In this document: in pieces, positions 22,090 through 31,544 of the stretch
Layout: every line of letters starts with the position of its first letter
Position numbering within the stretch: position 1 is the first letter of the stretch
Assembly (NCBI GenBank): GCA_025934955.1
Contig: JAICWE010000001.1
Span: forward strand, 1,736 to 65,735
Direction: 5' to 3'
Length of the DNA: 64,000 nucleotides
Source: Gemmatimonadales bacterium
GTDB taxonomy: Bacteria > Gemmatimonadota > Gemmatimonadetes > Gemmatimonadales > GWC2-71-9
Position numbers and translations under genes: made by a program
The notes under the pieces: generated by a model
What the model was told of the DNA's origin: nothing
What the model saw: the letters and a program-made list of their open reading frames with translations, nothing else
Database searches by the model: none

Positions 22090-22280
22090 GGAGACCTCCG
22101 CAGAGGAAGCGAACGACTTCATTTGTAGGGGAACGCGTGGACCAATGCATCACTGCGTGCGCGCGACCGCCCGACCAGGCCTGGACATCCCGCGCGTGTG
22201 GGCGGCCTATAATTGGAAGCGGTACGATGGCTGTCAAGCACGAGGGGTGACCGCCGGCGGTGCAGGCGGTTGCAGCGACC

Positions 22281-23105
22281 TCAGCGCGATGTCGGGGAAT
22301 CGGGCGGCGCACCGGGCCCGGACCGACCGATACTCGCGAGCTGCCGGCCGATGATCTGGTCGAAGGTGCTGACCGGATAGGCGCCCTCCAGCGGCACGCC
22401 GTTGATCAGGAGACCGGGCGTACCGGTGAAGCCGAAGCGGCGGAACTCGTCCAGGTCCGCGTCAACGGTCGCCCGGACGGCGGGCCCGTGCGCGTCTGCC
22501 ACCGCCCGCGGCGCGTCGGCGCCAACCGCCTTCGCCGCAGTCTCGAGGTACGCGTCGCCCTCGCGGGTCAGCCGCTCCTGATTGGCGTACAGCTCGTCGT
22601 AGTACCGGAACGCCAGCATCGGCTGCTGCCGCGCGATGGCCTCGTACATCAGGGCGGCCGCCATCGCGTGGGGATGGATGTCGAGCGGGCTCTGCTTCAC
22701 CAGCAGGCGCACCCGGTCGCCGTACTTCTGCATCACCTCGCGCAGCACGTCGCGCTCGCGGCGGCAGTAGGGACACTCGAAGTCGGTGTACTCCACGATC
22801 GTGATCGGCGCCGCCGGATTGCCCAGCACCGCGCGGTGCTCGATCACCGGCGTCAACGGATGCGCAAACCCGGCCTCGATCCGCTCGTCCGCGGCCTTCC
22901 GCTGCTGCTCCTCCGCCGCCGCCTGCGTCTGCCCCGCCGCGGCGTTCACCGCCGCCATGAATACGTCGGGATGCGCGCGGATCGCCGCGGCGAGCACCTC
23001 GGGATGCCGCTCCAGCGTCCGCTGGAGCTGCTCCGCCGCGGGCGCGCGGGAGCAGGCACCGGCGGCGGCGGCGAGCAGCACGATCAATGGGATGTGTCGG
23101 GTCAC
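22281..23105 (-). CDS. DsbA-family thioredoxin-fold lipoprotein
   Basis: C-terminal part of ORF 22281..24107: lipobox AGAC, EYTDFECPYC, GTP cis-Pro motif. Confidence 0.85.
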   Translation of the reverse strand: MTRHIPLIVLLAAAAGACSRAPAAEQLQRTLERHPEVLAAAIRAHPDVFMAAVNAAAGQTQAAAEEQQRKAADERIEAGFAHPLTPVIEHRAVLGNPAAPITIVEYTDFECPYCRRERDVLREVMQKYGDRVRLLVKQSPLDIHPHAMAAALMYEAIARQQPMLAFRYYDELYANQERLTREGDAYLETAAKAVGADAPRAVADAHGPAVRATVDADLDEFRRFGFTGTPGLLINGVPLEGAYPVSTFDQIIGRQLASIGRSGPGAPPDSPTSR

Positions 23106-23195
23106 AGCGAGTAGGCTACATGCCGGGACCCGGCGCGGCAATGCCGGACGCCCGGCAGCTCGCCCCGCCGCTTCGACCGGCGCTACCATTCGTCC

Positions 23196-24386
23196 ATGTC
23201 CGCCCGGCTCATGCACGTCGATCTTGACGCCTTCTTCGTCGAGGTGTGCCGCCAGCGCAATCCGGAGCTGCGCGACGTCGAGCTGCTCGTGGTCGGCGGG
23301 CGGCGCGAGGGACGCGGCGTGGTGCAGTCGGCGTCCTACGGTGCCCGGCGCTACGGCGTGCATGCGGGGATGCCGATCGGCGAGGCGGTGCGGCTCTGCC
23401 CCGCCGCCACCTTCTTCCGCGGCGAGTTCATCCACTATCGCGAGGCGTCGCGCGCGGTGCAGGCGGTGCTCGAGCGCCACGCGCCGGTCGTCGTCATGGC
23501 GTCGCTCGACGAGGCGTACCTCGACTTCGGCGGGACCGAGGGGCTCTGGCCGGTCTCGCTCCTTCCCGTCGCCGAGACGATCCGCGACGACGTGCAGCGC
23601 ACCAGCGGGCTCGACTGCAGCATCGGGATCGGCCCCAACCGGATGATCGCGAAGCTCGCCTCCGACGCGGCCAAGCCGCGCGGCCTGATGGAGGTGCGTG
23701 CCGGTTGGGAGGAAGGGTTTCTCGCGGGGCTGCCGCTCAAGGCGCTGCCCGGCGTCGGTCCGAAGACCGCGGCGCGCTGGGCCGAGCTCGGCTTGAGCGA
23801 CGTGCACCAGGTGCAGGCGATGAGCGTCGAGGCGCTCGCCCGGCTCATCGGCGACGACGACGCCCGCGCGCTCAAGCTCCGCGCGCACGGCCACGGCGGC
23901 ACGACGCTGAGCCGCGATCGGCTGCCCCGCTCCGTCAGCCGGGAGACGACGCTCTCGCGCGACCTGCGCGACCCGGCCGAACTCGACCGCATCCTCGCGC
24001 TCCTCACCGCGCGCGTCGCCGGCCAGCTGCGCGACGAGGGACTCGTCGCCCGCACCGTCGCGCTCAAGCTTCGGCACGATGACTTCCACACCGTCACCCG
24101 CCGTCACACCCTGCCCGACGCCACCGACCTCGACGCCGAGCTGCTCAGCGCCGCCCGAGCGCTCTTCCGCAACGCGTTCGACGACGTGCGCCGGCGCGAC
24201 CGCGGCGTGCGGCTCATCGGCATCGCCGCCACCAACCTCGGCCTGTCGGCCGAGCCCGATCTGTTCGAGCCGCCGGCGCGCACCAGGCTCCGCCGGCTCA
24301 CGAGCGCGGTGGACGAGGTGCGCGCCAGGTTCGGCTTCGACGCGATGAAGCCGGCGCAGCTCGTCCGCCCGCGGAAGCCCGAGTGA
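23196..24386 (+). CDS. dinB: DNA polymerase IV (Y family)
   Basis: HVDLDAFF, SYGARRYGV, SLDEAY, AKLASD..KP.G. Confidence 0.93.
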   Translation: MSARLMHVDLDAFFVEVCRQRNPELRDVELLVVGGRREGRGVVQSASYGARRYGVHAGMPIGEAVRLCPAATFFRGEFIHYREASRAVQAVLERHAPVVVMASLDEAYLDFGGTEGLWPVSLLPVAETIRDDVQRTSGLDCSIGIGPNRMIAKLASDAAKPRGLMEVRAGWEEGFLAGLPLKALPGVGPKTAARWAELGLSDVHQVQAMSVEALARLIGDDDARALKLRAHGHGGTTLSRDRLPRSVSRETTLSRDLRDPAELDRILALLTARVAGQLRDEGLVARTVALKLRHDDFHTVTRRHTLPDATDLDAELLSAARALFRNAFDDVRRRDRGVRLIGIAATNLGLSAEPDLFEPPARTRLRRLTSAVDEVRARFGFDAMKPAQLVRPRKPE

Positions 24387-25429
24387 ACGCCGAATCGGTG
24401 GACTGCCTCGTGCTGGGCGCCGGGCCCGCGGGGCTCCGCGCGGCGCAGGTGCTCGCCGAAGCGGGCCGCGAGGTCATGGTGCTGGAGAAGAAGGCGACGG
24501 TCGGCCCCAAGACCTGCGCCGGCGGCCTCACGGCGAAGAGCGTCTCCGAGCTGGTGCCGCTCGGCCTTCCGCTCGAGGCGACGTTCGCGAGTGTCGGCCA
24601 CGTGCGCTTCGGCGGCGAGCCGTGCACCGCGCTCGATGCCGAGCTGGCCCTCGTGCGCACCATCTCGCGGGCGGCGCTCGGCCGGATGCAGGCCGATTGG
24701 GCGAGGGCGGCTGGCGCGGAGATCCGGATCGGCACGACGGCGCGCGGCGTGGACACCGATCGTCACGAGGTGAGCACCGGGGGCGGTGCCATCCGCTATC
24801 ACCACCTGATCGGCGCCGACGGCAGCGACTCCGCGGTGCGCCGCGCGCTCGGTCTGCCGTCGCCACGCGGCTGCATTGCAGCCGAGTTCAACGTGCCGGG
24901 CGTGCGACTCGCGCCGCTGCGCATCGAGTGCGACGAGCCGGCGCTGGCCAACGGCTACTTCTGGGTGTTCCCTCACGCCGACTACACCTCGATCGGCGCA
25001 GCGGCGCTGAAGGACGTGATTCCGCCGCGCCGGCTCCGGCCCTACATCGCGGGTCGGGCCGAGGCGCTCGGCGCGGCGGTGGACGGTGTGCCGTTCGAGG
25101 CGGCGACGCTCGAGGTGGAGTACCATGGCCTGCACTTTCCCGGCGGCGTGCACCTCGCCGGCGACGCGGCGGGCGTGGCTTCGTCGCTCACGGCGGAGGG
25201 GATTTACGCGGCGCTGGTGACGGGCGAGGAGGTCGCGCGGAGCATCGTCGAGCGGGACTACCCGGCGCCCAAGACGCGACGATGGCTCCGGGTGAAAGCG
25301 CGGCACGACCGCCTGATGCGGCGGCTCCGCGCACGATGGGCGCGGACCCTCACCATCGGCGCGCTGTCCGCGCTGGTGCGGGTGCCGCCGGCGCGGCGGC
25401 CGCTGGCGCGATGGTTCGTGGACGGCTGA
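24383..25429 (+). CDS. FAD-dependent oxidoreductase, geranylgeranyl reductase family
   Basis: GAGPAG, K.CAGG, GADG..S.V, GYFWVFP, GDAAG, EGI..A. Confidence 0.85.
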   Translation: MNAESVDCLVLGAGPAGLRAAQVLAEAGREVMVLEKKATVGPKTCAGGLTAKSVSELVPLGLPLEATFASVGHVRFGGEPCTALDAELALVRTISRAALGRMQADWARAAGAEIRIGTTARGVDTDRHEVSTGGGAIRYHHLIGADGSDSAVRRALGLPSPRGCIAAEFNVPGVRLAPLRIECDEPALANGYFWVFPHADYTSIGAAALKDVIPPRRLRPYIAGRAEALGAAVDGVPFEAATLEVEYHGLHFPGGVHLAGDAAGVASSLTAEGIYAALVTGEEVARSIVERDYPAPKTRRWLRVKARHDRLMRRLRARWARTLTIGALSALVRVPPARRPLARWFVDG

Positions 25430-25441
25430 GCGCAACGGCGC

Positions 25442-26110
25442 TCAGCGCAAGTCGGGCGGATTGAACCGGAGGCGGATGGTTCCGTCGGGCGCGGTGACCT
25501 GCGGGCCGAGGCCGGGGAACATGGCGCGCCGACCCGCCGAGTCGCGCACCTCCACGGTGCTGTTGCGCCAGAGCCGCCAGTAACCCACCGGCACCCGCAC
25601 CGCGCCGGCCGGGAGCACGCAGCAGTCGCGTGCGCCTTCCAGGCCGGCATTCACCCGCACCTTCAGCGCGACACCGGCGGCGTTGGTCAGGACCGGCGCG
25701 AAGTACACCGTATCGCCCACCACCGGCCGTGCCTGCTGCTGGATGCGCCCGTCAGGCTCGCGCAACGTGAAAGCGCCGTGGAGCCGCTCACCGAGCGGCG
25801 CGCCGGTCGTCAGCGAGGGGGGAACGCTCGCCCATTCGCCGACGACGGTGGCGCCGCGGGAGAGGCTGACGGTGACGGTGGCGCCTGGCGGGACGGTGAG
25901 CGCCGCATCGCCGTTGACCGCGAGGCGCACCGGCTGGGTGAGCGAGTTGGTGAACACGAGTCGCGGCCGGCTCAACGCGAAGAATGCCGCGCCGGCGAGC
26001 GCAAGCAACAGGGCGAGCGCGATCCAGGGCGCGAGACTCGGGCCGCCACGGCGCGCGCTCACCACCGGCCGCGGCGCGGCCGGGCCGGGCGCGGGTGCCG
26101 GCGCCGTCAC
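25442..26110 (-). CDS. Membrane-anchored hypothetical protein, paralog of the neighbouring kinase's extracytoplasmic domain
   Basis: N-terminal TM helix; motifs TN.L..PVRLA, YFAP...N, DC, GY shared with the kinase C-terminus. Confidence 0.75.
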   Translation of the reverse strand: MTAPAPAPGPAAPRPVVSARRGGPSLAPWIALALLLALAGAAFFALSRPRLVFTNSLTQPVRLAVNGDAALTVPPGATVTVSLSRGATVVGEWASVPPSLTTGAPLGERLHGAFTLREPDGRIQQQARPVVGDTVYFAPVLTNAAGVALKVRVNAGLEGARDCCVLPAGAVRVPVGYWRLWRNSTVEVRDSAGRRAMFPGLGPQVTAPDGTIRLRFNPPDLR

Positions 26111-26117
26111 GTGGGGC

Positions 26118-28154
26118 TCAGGGCCGGTTGGGGAAGATGCCGCGCAGCGGGTCCCGCGGCGGCTCGGGCTGCTTGGGCGCCGGCTTGGCGGCCTTGTGCG
26201 CCGGCGCGTGCTGGACCGACTCGGCCGGCGCGGGTGCAGCCGCCTCGGCGTCGGCGCCCTGGTCCCGAACCATGCCGGTCTCGGCGCGCGGCGGCAGCGG
26301 GCTCGGGTGCAGGACGCGGACGCCTAACGTTTCGGTCGGGGCGGTCGCCCGCACCGGTGCGCGCCGGTCCGCCACGGTGAAGCTGGCGGCGGAGACGTCG
26401 AGCGGCACGACGCCGCTCCCCGCCGCGAGCCTGGTGCCGACATCATCGAACACGGCGGACAGCCCCGAGTCGTCGGTGACCCGAACGCTGGCGTCGGCGG
26501 CGAGCGGGTAGTAGCCGAGGTGGCCGTCGCTGTCGCCGGGCGCGATGGCGCAGTCGCAGGGCGGCACACCTTGGCCCTCGATGACGAGCCGCACCAGGGA
26601 TGAGCTGCCGTTCCGGACCAGCGGCGCGAAGTAGGTCTGATCGTTGGCCCACGGCTCGATGCTGCGGCGCAGCTCGCCGCGTGGCGCGGCGGCGTCGATG
26701 GCGCCGCCGAACAGCGCGCCGAGCTCGGTGCCGTCCGCCGAGCGCGGTCGCACCAGCATCCACTCCGCGTGCAGCGAGTCGGGCGAGCCGAGCGACACGT
26801 GCAGCGAGTCGCCCGGCCCGATCCGGTAGACCTGACGCCCGATGGCGAGCCGCACCGGCTCCACCAATCCATTGGTCACGACCAGCGATGCCTGCGGCCG
26901 GAGCGCCCAGGCAAAGCCGAACGCCGCGGCGGCGAGCGCAGCGGCCGCGCCGGCGATCGCGAGCCAGCGGCGGCCATGGCGCGACCGCGGGCGGGCGGGT
27001 GCCGCCGGCGCCGGCGTGATCTCGTCAGAGGCGAGCTTCGCGGTGGTCGCGTCGCTGCTGACGGTGGGCGTGAGCGTCGCGGCGTCGAGCAGGATGGGCG
27101 ACGGCGTCACCGGTGTCACCGGGCCGGGATGCGGAGTCGCCGCGGCGGCGGCGGCGAGGACGGCGATGGCGCCGGAGACGTTGCCGCCGCCCGGCTGCAT
27201 CGGCCGCAGAGCTTCCAGCATCGCCGCCGCCGACGGGTAGCGCTCCGCCGGCTGCTTGGCCATGGCGCGCAGCACCACGGCGGTGAGCGCCGGCGGGATC
27301 CGCGCGTCGGCGATGCTCGGCACCGGCTCGGTCAGGTGCTTGCTCACGATTTCCTGGGAGCTGGCGCCGTCGAACGGCGGCGCACCAGTGAGCATCTGAT
27401 AGAGCATCGCGCCCATGGCGTAGATGTCGGTACGCGCATCCACGTTGCGGTGGCCGAGCGCCTGCTCCGGACTCATGTAGAGCGGCGTGCCGACGACGAA
27501 GCCGTCCTGGGTGTGCGACGCCGCGCCGTCGAGTGACTTGGCGATGCCGAAGTCCACGATCATCGGCCGGCCGCTGCCGGCCTCGATCATGATGTTGTCG
27601 GGCTTGATGTCGCGATGCACCAGTCCGTGCCGGTGCGCGTGCTCCAGGGCATCGAGGATCGGCAGCGCGAGCGCCACCGCGCGCTCCGCGGGCAGCGGAC
27701 CCTCGGCCCGCAGCAGGCGCGAGAGCGACGTCCCCTCGACGAAGGGCATGACGTAGAAGACCAGGCCCTCGCCTTCGCCGACAAAGTGGATCGGCACGGT
27801 GTGCGGATGGCTGAGCCGCGCGATCGCGCGGGCCTCCTGCTTGAATCGCGCGAGCATCCCGGCGGTCCACGCGACGTCGGGCCGCAGCACCTTCACCGCG
27901 AGCCGGCGCTGGAGCTCGGTGTCGCGCACCTCGTACACCTCGGCGAACCCGCCGCTCCCCAGCAGCCCCACGACCTCGTACTGCGCGCCGAGCGCGCGCA
28001 CCAGCCGGCGCGGCACGTCGACGCCGCCGGAGCGGGCGCCGGTGAGCGGATCCTCACTGATGATGAACGTGAGGCTCTGCGGCCCGCACTTCGGACAGCG
28101 GGGGCTGTCCTCCGGGAGGGTGGACTGACAGTTCGAGCAGACCAGCAACGTCAC
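26118..28154 (-). CDS. Hanks-type Ser/Thr protein kinase with N-terminal zinc ribbon, TM helix and extracytoplasmic domain
   Basis: CSNC..CPKC; GSGGFAEV, AVK, HRDIKPDN, DFG, YMSPEQ; AGGAG RBS before GTG 28154. Confidence 0.92.
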   Translation of the reverse strand: MTLLVCSNCQSTLPEDSPRCPKCGPQSLTFIISEDPLTGARSGGVDVPRRLVRALGAQYEVVGLLGSGGFAEVYEVRDTELQRRLAVKVLRPDVAWTAGMLARFKQEARAIARLSHPHTVPIHFVGEGEGLVFYVMPFVEGTSLSRLLRAEGPLPAERAVALALPILDALEHAHRHGLVHRDIKPDNIMIEAGSGRPMIVDFGIAKSLDGAASHTQDGFVVGTPLYMSPEQALGHRNVDARTDIYAMGAMLYQMLTGAPPFDGASSQEIVSKHLTEPVPSIADARIPPALTAVVLRAMAKQPAERYPSAAAMLEALRPMQPGGGNVSGAIAVLAAAAAATPHPGPVTPVTPSPILLDAATLTPTVSSDATTAKLASDEITPAPAAPARPRSRHGRRWLAIAGAAAALAAAAFGFAWALRPQASLVVTNGLVEPVRLAIGRQVYRIGPGDSLHVSLGSPDSLHAEWMLVRPRSADGTELGALFGGAIDAAAPRGELRRSIEPWANDQTYFAPLVRNGSSSLVRLVIEGQGVPPCDCAIAPGDSDGHLGYYPLAADASVRVTDDSGLSAVFDDVGTRLAAGSGVVPLDVSAASFTVADRRAPVRATAPTETLGVRVLHPSPLPPRAETGMVRDQGADAEAAAPAPAESVQHAPAHKAAKPAPKQPEPPRDPLRGIFPNRP

Positions 28155-28250
28155 GAAGGCTCCTGAGGGATCTGCGGGCGACTCGCCGCGGTCACCGGAA
28201 CCTCGCAGCCGGGCCGGGCATGTCAAGGTTACCCGGCCCGGAGGACGCGG

Positions 28251-29459
28251 TCAGAACAGATAGGATGCGCCGAGCCCGAGCGAGAGCTGCTCCCGGGCGC
28301 CGGCGAAGACCGGCAGGTTGGAGCGGTCGTAGCGGAGCTCGGGCCGGAGGAGCGCGCTGCCCCACACCTTGATGTTGAAGGTGACGGTGCCGCTGCCGAA
28401 CCGGTGGCGCAGGTCGGTCTGCGTGCCGGTGAACGCGGCGGTGGAGCGGGCGCCGTCCTTGTCGTCCACGTAGTCGCCGCGCAGCGCGATGTTGAGCACC
28501 GGCAGCGCGTCGAAGGTGAGCCACGCGCCATACCCCGTCCAGCGCGCCTTGCCGCCGTCCACCCGCGCGCCCTGCTCCTCGCCCCAGTCGAACTGGCCCA
28601 TGACGTTGACTCGTCCGCCCAGCTTGCGGGTGACCATCGCCTCGGCGCCGCGGCGCTGGTTCGCGTCGTTTCCCGGCTGCTCGGGGCCGGTGAAGCCGAG
28701 CACGGCGATCGAGGTCGCGGCGTCCGGCGCGAGACCGACGCGGCCCATGAACGACTTGTGGGTGTTGACGTCGCTCACCTGGTCCCAGCCATTGAACACC
28801 GCGGCTTCCGCATCCAGCAGCCCGTTTGGCTTGAAATCCACGCGCAGGCCGGTGTTGGTGAAGTTCTCGACGTAGATGAACTGGTTTCCCTCCGACAGGT
28901 TGGGGTTCTGGAAGGCCTCCAGCACCTCGATGCCCATCAGCGTCGCGATCTTGCCGGCCTTGAACTGGACGTAGTCGCCCGAGCGGCCGAGCGGCAGGTT
29001 CAACGTGGCGAAGCCCTGGAGCAGATCGCCGTGGGTGCCGAGATCGAGGCCGGTGGACTTCACCACCGCGGCGTCCTGCCCGACGATTCCGGCGGCGTGC
29101 ACCCCGGCGGTCACCCGCCTCGGATCCACCGGCACGTCCACGATCAGCTCGGCGGCATTCAGCGAGAATTGGTTCTGAAAGCGGTCGTACAGCCGCCCCA
29201 CCACCGCGTTGCCGGCACCGTGGGTCGAGTAGGTGTACGACGCCGTCACGGCACCGCTGACGAGCGCGCGCGGACGCGCGGGCGGCGTGGGCCGGGCGGG
29301 CGGCGGCGTGCTGTCGCCAAGTCCGGCTGCATCGGCGCGCGGCGCCGCCGTATCCGGCGCGGCGGCGACGGCGGCGGCTTGGCCGACGAGCGGTGCGGGA
29401 GTGCCCAGCAGGAGCAGCGCCAGGAGTCTCTTCTCTCGCGTGCTCCGTCGTCGTGGCAT
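28251..29459 (-). CDS. Outer-membrane beta-barrel porin (BBP2/OmpL-like)
   Basis: Signal peptide, GK..TLMGIEV, NGWD, LRPELRYD, C-terminal YLF; GAGAGGA RBS. Confidence 0.75.
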   Translation of the reverse strand: MPRRRSTREKRLLALLLLGTPAPLVGQAAAVAAAPDTAAPRADAAGLGDSTPPPARPTPPARPRALVSGAVTASYTYSTHGAGNAVVGRLYDRFQNQFSLNAAELIVDVPVDPRRVTAGVHAAGIVGQDAAVVKSTGLDLGTHGDLLQGFATLNLPLGRSGDYVQFKAGKIATLMGIEVLEAFQNPNLSEGNQFIYVENFTNTGLRVDFKPNGLLDAEAAVFNGWDQVSDVNTHKSFMGRVGLAPDAATSIAVLGFTGPEQPGNDANQRRGAEAMVTRKLGGRVNVMGQFDWGEEQGARVDGGKARWTGYGAWLTFDALPVLNIALRGDYVDDKDGARSTAAFTGTQTDLRHRFGSGTVTFNIKVWGSALLRPELRYDRSNLPVFAGAREQLSLGLGASYLF

Positions 29460-29497
29460 TCCGGTCTCCTCTCGGTGGGATGGTGTGCCGTGACATG

Positions 29498-29525
29498 CAA
29501 ACGCCCCCGGTGAGGCGCGGGGGCG
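29498..29525 (-). terminator. Candidate attenuator hairpin in the porin 5' leader
   Basis: 8-bp stem CGCCCCCG/CGGGGGCG followed by TTTG, about 40 nt before the porin start. Confidence 0.5.
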
Positions 29526-29563
29526 GTGAACGCGGAGTCGAGCGCTGCACGGCCGGACCTCGC

Positions 29564-29614
29564 CTAGGGGGCGGGGGAGCGGTTTCGGCGGAGGTGGCGG
29601 CGGTGAGCGGGCAT
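29564..29614 (-). CDS. Candidate Arg/His-rich leader peptide MPAHRRHLRRNRSPAP
   Basis: ATG 5 nt after the -10 box; 5 Arg and 2 His in 16 codons; lies upstream of the hairpin. Confidence 0.4.
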   Translation of the reverse strand: MPAHRRHLRRNRSPAP

Positions 29615-29619
29615 GGGCC

Positions 29620-29648
29620 ACGATACCGGTGCGGGCCCGGCGAGTCAA
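29620..29648 (-). promoter_or_regulatory. Sigma70-type promoter for the porin
   Basis: TTGACT-N17-TATCGT. Confidence 0.6.
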
Positions 29649-29860
29649 TAGCCTGAGGGCAGACTTGTCACGCTTGCGTTACGACAAATGCACCAGACTG
29701 CCACCATGGACGCTGATACGGACGCAGTTTGGCACTTATGACCACCAATATATGCAAAACTTGCAGCATCCGATTGACACCGGCCAGAGCCAGCCCGCGC
29801 CGGCGGATGTGCAAGCGGCCGGCCTTCTTATATTGGGCTCGTCTCTTTCCTTCCACGGCC

Positions 29861-31537
29861 ATGTCAGAGATCCGGCGCAGCCGCGCCATCACCGAAGGCG
29901 TGCAGCGCGCGCCGAACCGGGCCATGCTGCGGGCGGTCGGCTTCGGCGACGCGGACTTCGCGAAGCCGATCGTCGGCGTCGCGAGCGCGTACAGCACGGT
30001 CACGCCGTGCAACGCCGGCCTCGACCGCCTGGCCCGCGCCGCGGAAGCCGCGCTCCGCGACGCCGGCACCATGCCGCAGCTCTTCGGTACCATCACCGTG
30101 AGCGACGGCATCGCGATGGGTACCGAGGGGATGAAATACTCCCTCGTCTCCCGCGAGGTCATCGCCGACTCCATCGAGACCGTGTGCGGCGCGCAGAGCA
30201 TGGACGGCGTGCTCGCGGTCGGCGGGTGCGACAAGAACATGCCCGGCGCGATGATCGCCATCGCGCGGATGAACATTCCGGCGATCTTCGTCTACGGCGG
30301 CACCATCAAGCCGGGCCACCTGGACGGCCGCGACCTCACGGTCGTGAGCGTCTTCGAGGCGGTGGGCGAGCACGCCGCGGGGAAGCTCAGCGACGGCGCG
30401 CTCGCCGCGGTCGAGCGGAACGCGTGCCCCGGCGCCGGCTCCTGCGGCGGCATGTTCACCGCCAACACGATGTCGTCGGTGTTCGAGGCAATGGGGATGA
30501 GTCTGCCCGGCTCCTCCACCATGGCCGCGGAGGACGCCGAGAAGGAGCGGAGCGCCGCGGACTCGGGCGCCGCGCTGGCGCGCGCCATCCGGACGGGGCT
30601 CCGGCCGCGCGACATCCTCACCCGCCACGCGCTCGAGAACGGCATCGCCGTCACCATGGCGTTAGGCGGGTCCACCAACGCCGTGCTGCACCTGCTGGCG
30701 ATCGCGCACGCCGCCGGCGTGCCCCTGGCGCTCGACGATTTCGAGGCGATCCGCGCCCGCGTGCCGGTCATCTGCGATCTCAAGCCATCGGGCCGCTACG
30801 TCGCCACCGACCTCCACCGCGCCGGCGGCGTGCCGCAGGTGCTCAAACTCCTGCTCGAGCGGGGGCTCATCCACGGCGACGCGCGTACCATCACCGGTCG
30901 CTCCCTCGCCGGGAATCTCGCCGACGTGCCCCCGGTCCCGCGCGCCGATCAGGACGTCATCCGCCCGTTCGATCGCCCGCTTTACCCCAGCGGACATCTC
31001 GCCGTGCTTCGCGGCAACCTCGCCGAAGACGGGGCGGTGGCGAAGATCAGCGGCGTGAAGACGCCCCGCATGTCGGGGCCGGCGCGGGTGTTCGAGTCGG
31101 AGGAGGCATGTCTGGACGCCGTGCTCGCCGGCCGCATCACGCCGGGCGACGTGCTGGTGATCCGGAACGAAGGCCCGGTGGGCGGCCCGGGCATGCGCGA
31201 GATGCTGGCGCCGACCTCGGCGATCATCGGCGCGGGGCTGGGAAACGCGGTCGGACTGATCACCGACGGCCGCTTCTCCGGCGGGACCTATGGCATGGTG
31301 GTCGGCCACGTGGCGCCCGAGGCGGCGGTCGGCGGCGCCATCGCCCTGGTGCGCGAAGGGGACACGATCACGATCGACGCCGACCGGCGGCTGCTCCAAC
31401 TCGAGGTGCCCGACGATGAGCTGGCCCGCCGTCGCGCGGCGTGGCGGCCGCCGGAGCCACGCTACACGCGGGGCGTGCTCCACAAGTACGCGCGGCTGGT
31501 CTCGAGCGCGAGCACCGGGGCCGTGACCGACCGGTGA
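29861..31537 (+). CDS. ilvD: Dihydroxy-acid dehydratase
   Basis: [47 protein letters not shown]. Confidence 0.96.
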   Translation: MSEIRRSRAITEGVQRAPNRAMLRAVGFGDADFAKPIVGVASAYSTVTPCNAGLDRLARAAEAALRDAGTMPQLFGTITVSDGIAMGTEGMKYSLVSREVIADSIETVCGAQSMDGVLAVGGCDKNMPGAMIAIARMNIPAIFVYGGTIKPGHLDGRDLTVVSVFEAVGEHAAGKLSDGALAAVERNACPGAGSCGGMFTANTMSSVFEAMGMSLPGSSTMAAEDAEKERSAADSGAALARAIRTGLRPRDILTRHALENGIAVTMALGGSTNAVLHLLAIAHAAGVPLALDDFEAIRARVPVICDLKPSGRYVATDLHRAGGVPQVLKLLLERGLIHGDARTITGRSLAGNLADVPPVPRADQDVIRPFDRPLYPSGHLAVLRGNLAEDGAVAKISGVKTPRMSGPARVFESEEACLDAVLAGRITPGDVLVIRNEGPVGGPGMREMLAPTSAIIGAGLGNAVGLITDGRFSGGTYGMVVGHVAPEAAVGGAIALVREGDTITIDADRRLLQLEVPDDELARRRAAWRPPEPRYTRGVLHKYARLVSSASTGAVTDR

Positions 31538-31544
31538 GCGCCTG

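Noticed and set aside
29660-29860. Leader peptide, sigma54 promoter or NtrC sites upstream of ilvD
   Set aside because: The short ORFs lack branched-chain codon runs and there is no terminator. TGGCAC lacks a properly spaced TTGC, and the NtrC-like matches are only half-sites.
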